From: Octopus vulgaris
Lineage: Eukaryota
Assembly (NCBI GenBank): GCA_951406725.2
Contig: OX597818.1
Span: 35,092,001-35,156,000, forward strand
DNA: 64,000 nt
Direction: 5' to 3'
In this document: in pieces, positions 40,083 through 51,837 of the stretch
How the letters are laid out: every line of letters starts with the position of its first letter
How positions within the stretch are numbered: the stretch's first letter is position 1
Position numbers and translations under genes: made by a program
Notes under the pieces: model-generated
The model's input: the letters and a program-made list of their open reading frames with translations, nothing else
What the model was told of the DNA's origin: nothing
The model's database searches: none

Positions 40083-40318
40083 CATCATCATCATCATTTA
40101 GCATCCGCTTTCCATGCTGGCATGGGTTGGACGGTTCAACTGGGGTCTGGGAAGCCAGAAGGCTGCACCAGGCCCAGTCTGATCTGGCAATCTTTCTACG
40201 GCCTGATGCCCTTCCTAATGCCAACAACTCCATGAATGTAGTGGGTCCTTTTTACGTGCCAGACGAGGCTGGCAAACGGCCACGATTGGATGGTGCTTTT
40301 TACGTGCCACTGGCACGT
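40083..40318 (-). mobile_element. SINE-like family D
   Basis: (CAT)n tail and GATGCCCTTCCTAA core. Confidence 0.75.
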
Positions 40319-40349
40319 TTGTGTATATATATGTATATACACATATATA

Positions 40350-40401
<52 letters not shown>

Positions 40402-40821
40402 CCAGAATCATACCAGACATGGAGGGGAGAAAATAGTAATTGAGTGAAGGTGAAGTAGTGAGAGTAATAGCCCTGACTGAGAGAGAGTGAGAGAAAGTAA
40501 TAGCAAAGAGAGAAAGGAAGGGGTGAAAAAATCCCAGCATTTCAACTCTGTGTGAGTATATGTGTTTATGTGTGTCCGTGTACTAAGAAATATGTGAATG
40601 TTTGTATGTCTGATTATTATGTACCTTATTTATATATAAAATACTACAATTGGCTGTCATTATTGACAGCACGTGGTCAGCTAGTTGATTATAATCCTTG
40701 TTAGTTGCTCTTGCAATGACTGAGATCGTGTAAAGAATAAAAAGAATAAAAGAAGTAAAATTACTTCCTCCATTTATCAAATAAAATTTTATCTTTAATA
40801 CTAATTTATGTATAATCTTTT

Positions 40822-41040
40822 AAGGTGTCAAGCTGGCAGAATCGTTAGCACACTGGGCAAAATGCTAAGTGGCATTTCATCTGTCTTAATGTTCTGAGTT
40901 CAAATTCCACTAAGGTTGGCTCTGCCTTTCACCCCTTTTGGGATCAATTAAACAAGTGCCAGTTGAGAACTGGGGTCAATGTAATCGACTTTCTCCTGCC
41001 CCTGAAATTGCTGGCCTTGTGCCAAATTTTGAAAACAATT
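40822..41040 (+). mobile_element. SINE family B just upstream of exon 2
   Basis: A/B boxes and central domain. Confidence 0.8.
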
Positions 41041-41111
41041 TATGTACAAACTTTACAATATTTTTTTATGAATCTTTAATTTGAAAATTTTTTTTTTTTT
41101 TTCATTTTTAG

Positions 41112-41249
41112 GGATTTTTCTTCCGTTCCGATATATCTTCTGAATCTGACAACATGACCGATCGTCTCCACGTGTTTACAGATGAAGTGGAACCACCCTA
41201 TCGTACTATTAAAACATTATGGGCAGCTCTCTTGCAAGCTGTTATATTG
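41112..41249 (+). CDS. TMEM192: TMEM192 coding exon 2 (GFFFRSDISSESDNMTDRLHVFTDEVEPPYRTIKTLWAALLQAVIL)
   Basis: Long poly-T tract then TAG acceptor, TTG|GTAAGT donor, 138 nt, phase 0-0. PPYRTIKT aligns with human PRFHPLPT before TM1. Confidence 0.9.
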
Positions 41250-41448
41250 GTAAGTTTCATGTGTGTATGTGTGAACTACAATGTCAGTCTCAAAACTGAC
41301 ATGTGTTGTTGTTATTGTTTGATGTGTTGTTTGTTGTTGTTATTGTGTTCAGCACCAGCATAAGAGATCCATAATGCAGATCCTGGTTCATATGTTATAA
41401 ACTACATAACTAGCCACTTGCTTCACCTTTCATGATAAGTTTACCTCA

Positions 41449-41714
41449 ATATTCTGTTGTGTCTGGGGAGAGTCATTTTCTTTTTGTGCCTTATAATGTA
41501 ACACACTCACCAGTAAAATTTCCACTTATTTCTTATTTTTAGGAAAATAAAAATAAGAAATAAGTGGAAATTTTACCGGAGTGTGTGTTACATTTCCACT
41601 TATTTCTTATTTTTAGGAAAATAAAAATAAGAAATAAGTGGAAATTTTACCGGAGTGTGTGTTACATTATAAGGCACAAAAAGAAAATGACTCTCCCCAG
41701 ATACAACAGAATAT
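41449..41714. repeat. Foldback element with internal duplication
   Basis: Arms ATATTCTGTTGTGTCTGGGGAGAGTC... / ...GACTCTCCCCAGATACAACAGAATAT. The central palindromic unit is present twice. Confidence 0.85.
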
Positions 41715-42234
41715 ACTTCAACACACATACATATATATATATATATACATATATACGATGGGCTTCTTTCAGTTTCCGTCTACCGAAGCAACTCACAAGG
41801 CTTTGGTCGGCTCGAGGCTATAGTGGAAGACACTTGTCCAAGGTGCCACACAGTGGGACTGAACCCGGAACCATGTGGTTGGTAAGCAAATACTTACCAC
41901 ACAGCCGCTCTTACACCTAGTAGGAGTTCTTTACCATCTAAAGATAAATTTCTTCCCTTCTTCCTACCAATCTCATAGGCTCTGAAAAGGACCCAGGTCA
42001 CTGACCTTGCTCTGCTTACTCAATCCTTTTGCAGTCTTGTTTCTGTTGAAATAGTCTACTTTTGTTTCAGTGAAGTATTTAGCAAAATAACTTTCGTTGT
42101 TATGAAGCTGGTATTTGGAACATAAACTAACATGAAATTTTGGTAGGAGGATTGAATTTAGAACGCTCTAAAACAGGATATTTACATTATAGAATAACAA
42201 ATGGTGTCAGGTGGTATCTTTTTACTTGTTTCTT

Positions 42235-42706
42235 ATTTCTTTATTGTCAATTATATTGACCCCAGTGCATAACTGGTACTTAATTTATCAACCCCGAAAG
42301 GATGAAAGGCAAAGTTGACCTCGGCGGAATTTGAACTCAGAACATAATGGCTGACGAAATACCGTTAAGCATTTCGCCTGGCTTGCTAACGTTTCTGCCA
42401 GCTCACCTTTTTTTTTTTAATTAAAAGACAGACGAAATACTGCTAAACATTTCGCCTGGCGTGCTAACATTTCTTATTTCTTTATTGCCCACAAGAGGCT
42501 AAACATAGAGCGGACAAACAAGGACAGACAAAGGGATTAAGTTGATTACATTGACCCCCAGTGCATAACTGGTACTTTATTTATCGATCCCAAAAGGATG
42601 AAAGGCAAAGTCGACCTCGGCAGAATTTGAACTCAGAGCGTAGCGGCAGATGAAATACCGCTAAGCATTTCGCCCAGCGTGCTAACATTTCTGCCAGCTT
42701 GCCGCC
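42235..42706 (-). mobile_element. Cluster of SINE family B copies
   Basis: One near full-length copy (about 42470-42706), a second lacking its tail segment, and a head fragment. Confidence 0.8.
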
Positions 42707-43324
42707 TTTTTACTTGTTTCAGTCACTGGACAGTGGCCATACTGAGGCACTACCCTGAAGGGTTTCAGTCAAACAAATCAACCCTAGTACTTGTTTTTTG
42801 AAGTCTGGTGCTTAGTTATGGGGACATAAACAAACCAACACAGGTTGTCAAGCAACAACACACACACACACACACATGGCAGGCTTCAGCACTGTTTTCC
42901 ATCTACCAAATTTACTCACAGGGAATTGGTTAGCCTGTGACTAGAGTAGAAGACACTTAACCAAAGTGCAATGCAGTGGGACTGAACTTGAAACCATATG
43001 GTTGTAAAGCAAACTTCTTAGCCACATAGCCATATCTACACCAATTGCAAATAAATAATTAAATTTATTGTAAAGCATCACTAGAAATATATTCTCATAA
43101 GAATTATGTGTGTTTATGACTCAGCCCATCCCTTGCTTATATTTGTATTGTTTTGTGTAAATTTACTTTTGTTGTTACTAAGATATTTTTTATCAATGTC
43201 AAGGATTAGTATTATCACAGGACTAAAATGTTTTACAGTATGTAATTATTGTAGTCGTCTAGATCTAGGTCAAACCTGACTGAACAGACCTGTGACAAAA
43301 GACAGTCTAGTCATGACCACCTAA

Positions 43325-43897
43325 TCATCATCATTGTTTAACGTCCGCTTTCCATGCTAGCATGGGTTGGACGGTTTGACTGTTGGCTGGCGAACCAGAT
43401 GGCTGCACCAGGCTCCAGTCTTGATCTGGCAGAGTTTTGACAGGTGGATGCCCTTCCTAACGCCAACCACTCCAAGAGTGTAGTGGGTGCTTTTACATGC
43501 CACCGGCATGGGGGCCAGTCAGGCGGTACTGGCAACGACCTCGCTCGAATTTTTTTTTCTTTACACATGCCAATGGCACAGGTGCCAGTAAGGCGATGCT
43601 GGTAACGATCCCACTCGAATGGTGCCTCTTACATGCCACCGGCACGGAAGCCAGTTAGCTGCTCTGGCAACGATCACGCTCAGATGGTGCTCTTAGCACC
43701 CTGCTAGCATGGAGCGCAAGTGCCAGTAAGGCGAAGCTGGTAACGATCACACTCGAATGGTGTCTTTTATGTGCCACTGGCACGGAAGCCAGTTAGCTGC
43801 TCTGTCAATGATCATGCTCGTATGGTGCTCGTGCCTGTCATCGAATTTCACTTTGATTTTGATTTCGATTTCACTTGCCTCAACAGGTCTTCGCAAG
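43325..43897 (-). mobile_element. SINE-like family D, long copy
   Basis: Includes the 5' AAGACCTGTTGAGGCAAGTGAAATCG segment and several internal repeats. Confidence 0.8.
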
Positions 43898-44179
43898 CAG
43901 AGTTTAGTGCTCAAAGAAGGAAAAGGTACGCACAAGGCGTCATGACCATCTCATTTTATTCAGACATAGATGATGATAATGATGATAGTTTATCCAGGAA
44001 TACATTATCCATTGTCTCCCTCCCGTGTTTTCAGTTCAAATTCCTCTTTAGTTGTCTTTCTTTCATTCTTCTGGGGAATCGTTAAGAAAAATAATGTCAC
44101 ATGATTCATTTGACTCTACTCTCCTCTTCTCTAAATTCATGACGTTTTGTCTATATAAAAATTCCTTGTAAGTATGCTG

Positions 44180-44630
44180 CAAGACCTGTTGAGGCAAGTG
44201 AAATCGAAATCAAATTCGATGACTGGCATCCGTGCTAGTGGGGTGCAGAGAGCACCATCCAAGTGTGATCGTTGACAGAGCGGCTAACTGGCTTCCGTGA
44301 CGATAGCACTTAAAAGGCACCATTCAAGTGTGATTGTTATCAGCGTCGCCTTACTGGCACTTGTGCCCTCTGCTAGTGGGGCGCTAAGAGCACCATCCAA
44401 TCGGTGACACGTAAAAGCACTAACTGATCGTGGCCGTTTGCCAGCCTCCTGTGGCACATAAAAAGCATCTACTACACTTACGGAGTGGTTGGCATTAGGA
44501 AGGGCATCCAGCTGTAGAAACACTGCCAGATCAGACTGGAGCCTGGTGCAGCCTCCTGGCTTCCCAGACCCCGGTCGAACCATCCAACCCATGCTAGCAT
44601 GGAAAACGGACGTTAAATGATGATGATGAG
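44180..44630 (+). mobile_element. SINE-like family D, long copy
   Basis: Inverted relative to 43325-43897. Confidence 0.8.
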
Positions 44631-44978
44631 GAGGAGGAGCACGTAGAACAGCAAGAATCCAAACAATTATATATCTATTCATTCTTAATATGCTCTGTCA
44701 GGTTTGAATGTGAATATCTGATATTTGATGGCTGTTGTTTTTTAATAACTGTTTGTCTCTCTTCATGGTCAGATCTCCCGGGGTGGTTAACTTTTTTTTT
44801 TTTCCTTTCTGCTAAGAGAATTGTGAGTGGAAAATAATAATAAATTAAATAGCAGTTAATTATTAAGACTGATTAAATCTACCCTTTTCAAAAAAAACAA
44901 AAAAAAAAATCTTTGTGCAGTGTAAAAAAAAATTAAAATGATGATGTTATTTAATTCACTTTTATGTTTGTTCTGAAG

Positions 44979-45204
44979 GTCACACTGTGTTTAATAACAT
45001 TCCTGTATCCTTGGTTATGTACCACGTGTCAGCCCGACCCAGTATCAATTGCAACATATTCAGAAATTCTCACATGGACATTCATCGTAGCTCTCCATGT
45101 TTACATCTACATCCAACATCATTACATTTACATCTCTGGTTACCTCGATTTCTCCCAGCGGATGCTGTACAAGCGTCATGTACCAGCAGTATGTGTAACA
45201 GTAG
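44979..45204 (+). CDS. TMEM192: TMEM192 coding exon 3 (VTLCLITFLYPWLC...YIYIQHHYIYISGYLDFSQRMLYKRHVPAVCVTV)
   Basis: AAG acceptor, AG|GTATGT donor, 226 nt, phase 0-1. YIYIQHH...GY matches human YIQYHHSKIRNRGY. Confidence 0.92.
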
Positions 45205-45238
45205 GTATGTAACTTACTCCTTAATGACTTTTTTCTCA

Positions 45239-45641
45239 GTTCTATATTTAAGAGATAAGGAATTATGCACTTTATTTACCTTCGACGGATATTTGTCCTC
45301 ATCTTGTTTTTTGTTAAAAAGAAGCGGCACATATGCTAGGACACAACAACCTCTTAAGCAGACCGAGTGCAGGTATGAGCAACATATGGGAACCAATATT
45401 AAGAAAAGATAGAAAAATATTAGATTTATAAGCCCTAAAATTCATTCCATAATTGCCCAAGATTCCGAGTTCGATTCCAAGCAGTGACCTGAACAACAAT
45501 AATAATATCAAAGAATACCTTAGGAATGAGAACCCAGGTTCGAAATTTCCCCAAGACACCTGAAGAAGGCTGGAGGGTATATCAACCAAAACGTTGTGTT
45601 AACAACAAACAAGATGAGGACAAATATCTGTCAAATGTAAA
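45239..45641 (+). mobile_element. Penelope-like element, truncated copy in TMEM192 intron 3
   Basis: Collinear with 51914-52932 (KEAAHMLGHNNL remnant). TSD TAATGAC(T)nCTC. Hammerhead GAAA is mutated to AAAA. Confidence 0.8.
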
Positions 45642-45750
45642 TAATGACTTTTTTTCTCTTTTTCCACTTACATTATTTTCTGTTGTTTCTGTTCATCTCA
45701 GTGTTTTATTGTTGCTATTTAACCTAACAGCTAAGACGATCATTCTGCTT

Positions 45751-45956
45751 TTAACCCTTTAAGCATTTAAATCAACCATATCTGGCCAAAATAATCAACC
45801 TGTTTTATTTTCAAACTTACCCTACAATATTATTCTAAAAATAAACAACCACATCATTTAAATCTCAAAGTGACATGGTAATGCATGATTAATTCATATG
45901 AATGTGAATAAATAAGCATTATGTTTGACAGAGAAATCTGAATACTAAGGAGTTAA
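45751..45956. mobile_element. piggyBac-like MITE, second family
   Basis: TTAA|CCCTTT...AAGGAG|TTAA. Related to the 26432-26874 outer element, 5850-6054 and about 9450-9650. Confidence 0.65.
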
Positions 45957-47085
45957 TGCCCATAAGTGCCTTTTTGTAGAGTGCCCTGTTATAAGTGTTC
46001 AGCTCAGACTCTCAACATGGAGTTATCATGATATCAGCTTTTTACGTACTCTACACTACCGTAAATATCTGTTAAAAAATAAAACTAAACTTGCTGGACA
46101 GTTCCCTCTCATCGTTTGTAATATCTGTGAATCCCATTTTAACCTAGAGCCTACACATGTCCCACTAACATGTAAACTGCACATCCTGTTTTTCCTTGAA
46201 ACAGAAATCTCCTGGTCCTTATCTGTAACTTGCCTCTGTTGTCTGGTGTATTCAAATTTCACTCTGAAAGGCGATATATCTGCACCTGTGTAGATTCAAC
46301 TACCAGCAATAAAGACTTCAAGATATTCTGGTTCAAATAACGAACTGGGTCAATCTGTTTGACTTCAAGGCATGGCTCCAACATGGACGCTATTCAATGA
46401 CTGAAACAAACAAAACAAAGAACTTACAAAATTATTGTTCTTTTATTTGTTTCAGTCATTTGACTGCGGCCATGCTGGAGCACCACCCTTAGTTGAACAA
46501 TTCGCCCCCAAGACTTATTCTTTGTAAGCCTAGTACTTATTTTATCGGTCTCTTTTGCTGAACCAGTAAGTTACGGGGACATGAACACACCAGATCTGGT
46601 TGAACCACGCAACCGATGCTATCATGGAGAATGAATGTTAATTGATGATGATATATTTATATGTACGCATGTGGTCAATGCTAGTGTCCCCGGGCTGGCT
46701 CCCATGTCAGTGGCACGTAAAAAGTACTATCTGAACGTGATCGATGCCAGGCCTGCCTGACTGGCTCCTGTGCCAGTGGTACGTAGAAAGTACCCACTAC
46801 ACTCTCAGCATGGTTGGTATTAGGAAGGGCATCCAGCTGTAGAAACCTTGCCACATCAGATTGGAGCCTGGTGCAGCCACTGGCTCTCCAGACCTCACTC
46901 AAACCATCCAACCCATGCCAACATCGAAAATGGATGTTAAATGATGATGATGATGGGCATATGTTTGTATGTGCTTCTAAATGGTTTTTGTCTATAAATT
47001 CCACTCACAAGGGAGAAGATATTGAGCTTGATAAATATGTCCCTTTGTGTTAGTGTCTACTACTCACCTCTCTTTCTTATTGCAG

Positions 47086-47238
47086 GTATGATCTTGAAAA
47101 TGCTGACCACCCAGATTTTTGCTGAGTTCAAATGTTCATGGCGTGACAAATGTGGTTTCCTAAAGCCGTATGCCTACCTTCAAATCATTACGACAATTGA
47201 GGTGTTAGTTGCTTTTCTGTTTTTGGTGCAATATGGCT
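47086..47238 (+). CDS. TMEM192: TMEM192 coding exon 4 (GMILKMLTTQIFAEFKC...YLQIITTIEVLVAFLFLVQYG)
   Basis: Pyrimidine tract then TTGCAG acceptor, T|GTAAGT donor, 153 nt, phase 1-1. Hydrophobic TM4 with the conserved Glu. Confidence 0.9.
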
Positions 47239-47306
47239 GTAAGTTTTTATTTTTATTTATAAATTTGTTGCTAGAAATATATAAAAATTTAGTAATTTTA
47301 ATGAAA

Positions 47307-47519
47307 CTCTTTTACTTGTTTCAGTCATTTGGCTGTGGCCATGCTGGGGCATTGCCTTTAGTTGAGCAAATTGACCCCAGGACTTATTCTTTGTAAGCCT
47401 AGTACTTATTCTATTGGTCTCTTTTGCTGAACTGCTAAGTTATGGGGACATAAACACACCACCATCGGTTGTCAAACGATGTTGGGGGGGGGGGAACAAA
47501 CACAGACACACACACAAAC

Positions 47520-47552
<33 letters not shown>

Positions 47553-47723
47553 TATATGTGACAGGCTTCTTTCAGTTTCTGTCTACCAAATCCACTCACA
47601 AGGCTTTAGTCGGCCCGAGGTTATAATAGAAGACGCTTGCCCAAGGTGCCACACAGTAGGACTGAGCCTGGAACCATGTGGTTGGTAAGCAAGCTACTTA
47701 CCACACAGCCACTCCTGTGCCTA
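47307..47723 (-). mobile_element. SINE family A
   Basis: Full copy about 70 nt after exon 4. Confidence 0.85.
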
Positions 47724-48650
47724 TAGCTTCATTAATAACTGGAATAAATTGATATACTTCATTTAATCAGGTACTGTATTAATTGTTGCCAATTTTGAAG
47801 CCATTCCAATGTTTTAGTAGCCAAACATTCTAACTACCTGTGAAATGCATGTCCTGTTTTTTCCTAATTCTTTTTTAATTTCATTCCAGTGCTATATTTC
47901 AAAATTACCATAATAGCCCTTTCTACTACAGGCACAAGGCCTGCAATTTTTGTGGGGAGGAGACTAGTTGATAACATTGGCCCCAATGTTCAACTGGTAT
48001 TTATTTCATTGACCCTGAAAAGAAGAAAAATAAAGTTGACCTCAGTGGGAATTTAGGTTTCGCATTTTGGCACATGGCCAACAATTGTAGGTCGAGGGAT
48101 TAGTTAATTATATTAGCCCTAGTAGTTGACTGGTACTTTATTTTATTTTATCAACTGCAAAAGGATGAAAGACAAAGTGACCTTGGTGGGATTTGAACAC
48201 AGAATGTAATAAGTCAGAAGAATGCTGCTAAGCATTTTCGACCAATGTGCTAATGATTCTGCCAGCTCACTGCCTAATAATAATAGTTTATAACTTAAGC
48301 TACAAATCTTGAACGGGAAGTTATAGTCAGCTAATTCAATCTCGGTTAAATACTGAAATTACATTATTCCGTCAAAGTGGATCCTAGTGGAATTTGATAT
48401 CATTAAATAAAGAGACCTAAATAAATACTTTTGTTAGAGAAAGCTAGACAATCCAGTCAGCTCCAGTACTTGACTACTACTTATTTTATTGACATGGTAG
48501 CCTATCGATAACAACAGTCGTCTCACATTAGACCTTGGCCAGGTTTGAACTGTCAATACTAAAACTTACAATCAAATATACCAGGCATTTTGTCTTATAG
48601 AAATAATACATTTCTAAATCTCTCAGAGAGATTTATGCAGTAGCAGCACG

Positions 48651-48908
48651 ATAAAGTGGTAGTATGTTGTCAATTTAATGTGACAGTCCCATGAAAGGGA
48701 AGAATGCTACTGTTATTTAACCCTAGGAAACACCGTTTCCTGTTGGACTTGGCACATTTCCTGTTTCCTTATGTTTTATGTTATCTCCACTTTGAAAACA
48801 TAAGGACACAGGAAATGTGTCAATGGTGTTTCTTAGGGCTAAATAACAGTAGTATTCTTCCCTTTCATGGGACTGTCACATTAAATCGACAACATACTAT
48901 CACTTTAT
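48651..48908. repeat. Long foldback/MITE-like inverted repeat
   Basis: Outer arms of about 85 bp (ATAAAGTGGTAGTATGTTGTC... / ...GACAACATACTATCACTTTAT) plus inner arms of about 25 bp. Confidence 0.85.
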
Positions 48909-48993
48909 TTTGTCTTGTATTCTACTAATTCTTCCAGTGCATCGCCCCTCAAAACGGATGATGATAATTACCACTATATTTATTCTTTTACAG

Positions 48994-49102
48994 ATCAGGT
49001 TTCACGGTTCAACATTGCAAAGAAACTTCCAGATGTTATTGAAGATGAAACTCAGCAAAGTGGTCTTCCTTATTCTCAGAATTTCCAGGATATTGGAGAA
49101 CG
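48994..49102 (+). CDS. TMEM192: TMEM192 coding exon 5 (YQVSRFNIAKKLPDVIEDETQQSGLPYSQNFQDIGER)
   Basis: TTTTACAG acceptor, CG|GTAAAT donor, 109 nt, phase 1-2. RFNIAKKLPDVIEDE matches human RFNKAKPEPDILEEE. Confidence 0.93.
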
Positions 49103-49515
49103 GTAAATTATAGATTTTTAAGAAGCTCTATGAGGGGATTGGGGGAGTTGGGTGTTTACATAATAACCCTTTTTCTTTCATAAAAGGCTTTCATTTATTA
49201 CATTTTAGTTTGTTTAATTTTATATTTGGAAAGGTGGTGCCCACCGACACACTCAGCCTCTAGCCTGTGGATATACTGTCTCCTCACCCTGCTTTTCCTG
49301 CTGCCACTATTACAGCGGATGAAGTTTACACTACATATTTCTAGTTCGTGTGTTAAAATTCATTGCTGGCATTTTATTTCTGGACATGGCAGCTTATTCT
49401 TTGTGCCTCAGCATCTGTCTGGAATATACACTTTGTTTGTTTGTTCCTTCTCGAGCCATGCCTGGTTCATAAGGGCCAGTTTCTTTAACATATAAGTTCC
49501 CCACCTGGACAGTTA

Positions 49516-49610
49516 CTTTTGCAGAACCGCTAAGTTACGGAGACGTAAACACACCACCATCGGTTGTCAAGCGATGTTTGGGGGACAAGCGCAGACACAC
49601 ATACACACAC

Positions 49611-49657
<47 letters not shown>

Positions 49658-49832
49658 CACATATATGTGATGGACTTCTTTCAGTTTCCATCTACCAAAT
49701 CCACTCACAAGGCTTTGGTCGGCCCGAGGCTATAGTAGAAGACACTTGCCCAAGGTGCCACACAGTGGGAATGAATGTGGAACCATATGGTTGGTAAGCA
49801 AGCTACTTACCACACAGCCACTCCTGCGCCTA
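49516..49832 (-). mobile_element. SINE family A (3'-truncated), preceded by a family E tail (49434-49510)
   Basis: Homology to other copies in the window. Confidence 0.8.
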
Positions 49833-50008
49833 TGGTAATATTTTAAAAAATTGCCAAATCTAGGTTTTTGCACCTCCTGACATATTGTCTTGTATCTGAA
49901 GCGAGTTTGCACTTCTGGTTGGAAATGCCTGACTTACAGCAGAACTAAATTTTTATTGTCATCTATATTGTTTGTTTACTCTTGTCTATTTTTTTCTTTC
50001 TGTTTCAG

Positions 50009-50213
50009 TGGATACTCATTCAATGAGAAATTACTAGAAAAACAAGCTGATATGGTCCTCAGCCTGAAACGTCGTAATGAACAACTTGCTCGTCATGTGT
50101 TGACTCTGACAACAGAACTAAGGTCTTTGAAACATGGCCACATTCAAGACAGCTTCCACGAATCTTCCAACATGTCCAGCAGCAACACAACTCAATCATT
50201 CCTTGGCCATTAA
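50009..50213 (+). CDS. TMEM192: TMEM192 terminal coding exon 6 (GYSFNEKLLEKQADMVLSLKRRNEQLARHVLTLT...FLGH*)
   Basis: TTTCAG acceptor, phase 2, TAA at 50211-50213. LEKQADMVLSLKRRNEQL matches human VEKQGDTIEYLKRHNALL. Spliced CDS is 867 nt = 288 aa plus stop. Confidence 0.93.
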
Positions 50214-50644
50214 CCAGAACTCTTGTGTGTGTGTGTGTGTGTCTGTGTGTGTATGTGTACTTGTGTGTGTGTGTGAGTGCATGCATATATGTAACGATGG
50301 GTGCAAGCTGCCTACTTGAGTGTTGAAGAATGCAGAATCTCTTGGAGTACAAGTTTTCTTTTGTTTATTGCAAATATTTACCTATTTTTAAATTTCTCAT
50401 CTCTTTATTCTTTCATTTGCATTTTGCATACCGACAATGGATAAATATTCTCTCTCTCTCTCTCTTCTCTCTCTTTTCTTATATGTTTTTTCTTTTTCTT
50501 CCTTTACCACTCTTTCTCATTTTCTGCTTAATCTTCTGTTTCTTTTCCATCTTTTCTCTCTTCTTCTTCTCTGTCTATGTCTCAACTTAGTTTCGTTTAG
50601 TTTAATGATTTTTGAATGGATAGAAACACGATACGTTAGATTTT

Positions 50645-50650
50645 AATAAA
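50645..50650 (+). terminator. Candidate polyadenylation signal AATAAA of TMEM192
   Basis: First AATAAA seen after the stop codon. Alternatives are AGTAAA near 51683 with a GT-rich downstream tract, and AATAAA at 51780. Confidence 0.35.
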
Positions 50651-50914
50651 ACGATGGACACCACCTGTACTGCCAAGAAATATATACAGTGGGAAAAAAA
50701 ATATAGTCAATAATCTATCTTTTTTGAAACGTTTTTCTTTCAGTTTGTTTTCCAATATTCAAAACTAAAATGTGGTTCATTTAATTAACTGTTAGTTTCT
50801 GTTTCTCTCCTAATTAAGGAAGAAGCTATCTAGAACAATTAACTGAAACTGCAAATGAACCTTTATTGTGATATCCCATAGAGAAAAAAAAAGCAAAAAA
50901 GTAAAAAAATGCTG

Positions 50915-50948
<34 letters not shown>

Positions 50949-51248
50949 CTTTACGGAGAAGGTCCTTAGACCTGTTACTTTTGGTCACTGTTTCAAGATC
51001 TGAAGTCGATTCTCTTTTTGTTTTTGTTTTACCCTCCAATTTTGTTTTTTTGTGTATATTATTTATATTTATATTTTTTTTTGCATTTGTACTTTTGTTA
51101 TTATATGTTGGAATTTGACCAATGAAATGAGTTGTTAGGTTAATTTTTTTTTTTACCTTTAATATTTTTTCTCCTTTTTATTTACTAAATGATAATACTC
51201 TTTGCTCTGTGAGCTGTGTTGTTTGTTTATACTTATCTACTTCCTTCC

Positions 51249-51436
<188 letters not shown>

Positions 51437-51792
51437 GTTATAAACTGTAGTAGTGACCACATATCTGTATAGCTATTCTATTCTACATTCGCTATTTTTA
51501 TAATGGGTTGCCATTGTTATTATTGTTATTATTATTATGTTCTTTTCTCTACTGACAAGAATACATCGTATTTCATGTTGACGTGGATCATGTATTCTTT
51601 AAGTCACTGAAAAGTAAAAAAACGTAACATTTTTGCATCTCAAAAAGGCTTGCAGACTGTGCTTGGTCACAGTTCTTGATACAGTAAACATTTTTATTTC
51701 AAATGTTAAATGTGTTTCTTTGTTTATATTTCTTGTGGTTCTTCTTCTGAAATATTTTCTCCAGAGGATAAGTGTAAGTAATAAAATATAAC

Positions 51793-51837
<45 letters not shown>

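Noticed and set aside
43490-43830. CRISPR-like regularly spaced repeats
   Set aside because: Degenerate internal tandem units of family D in eukaryotic DNA. The spacers resemble each other and there are no cas genes.
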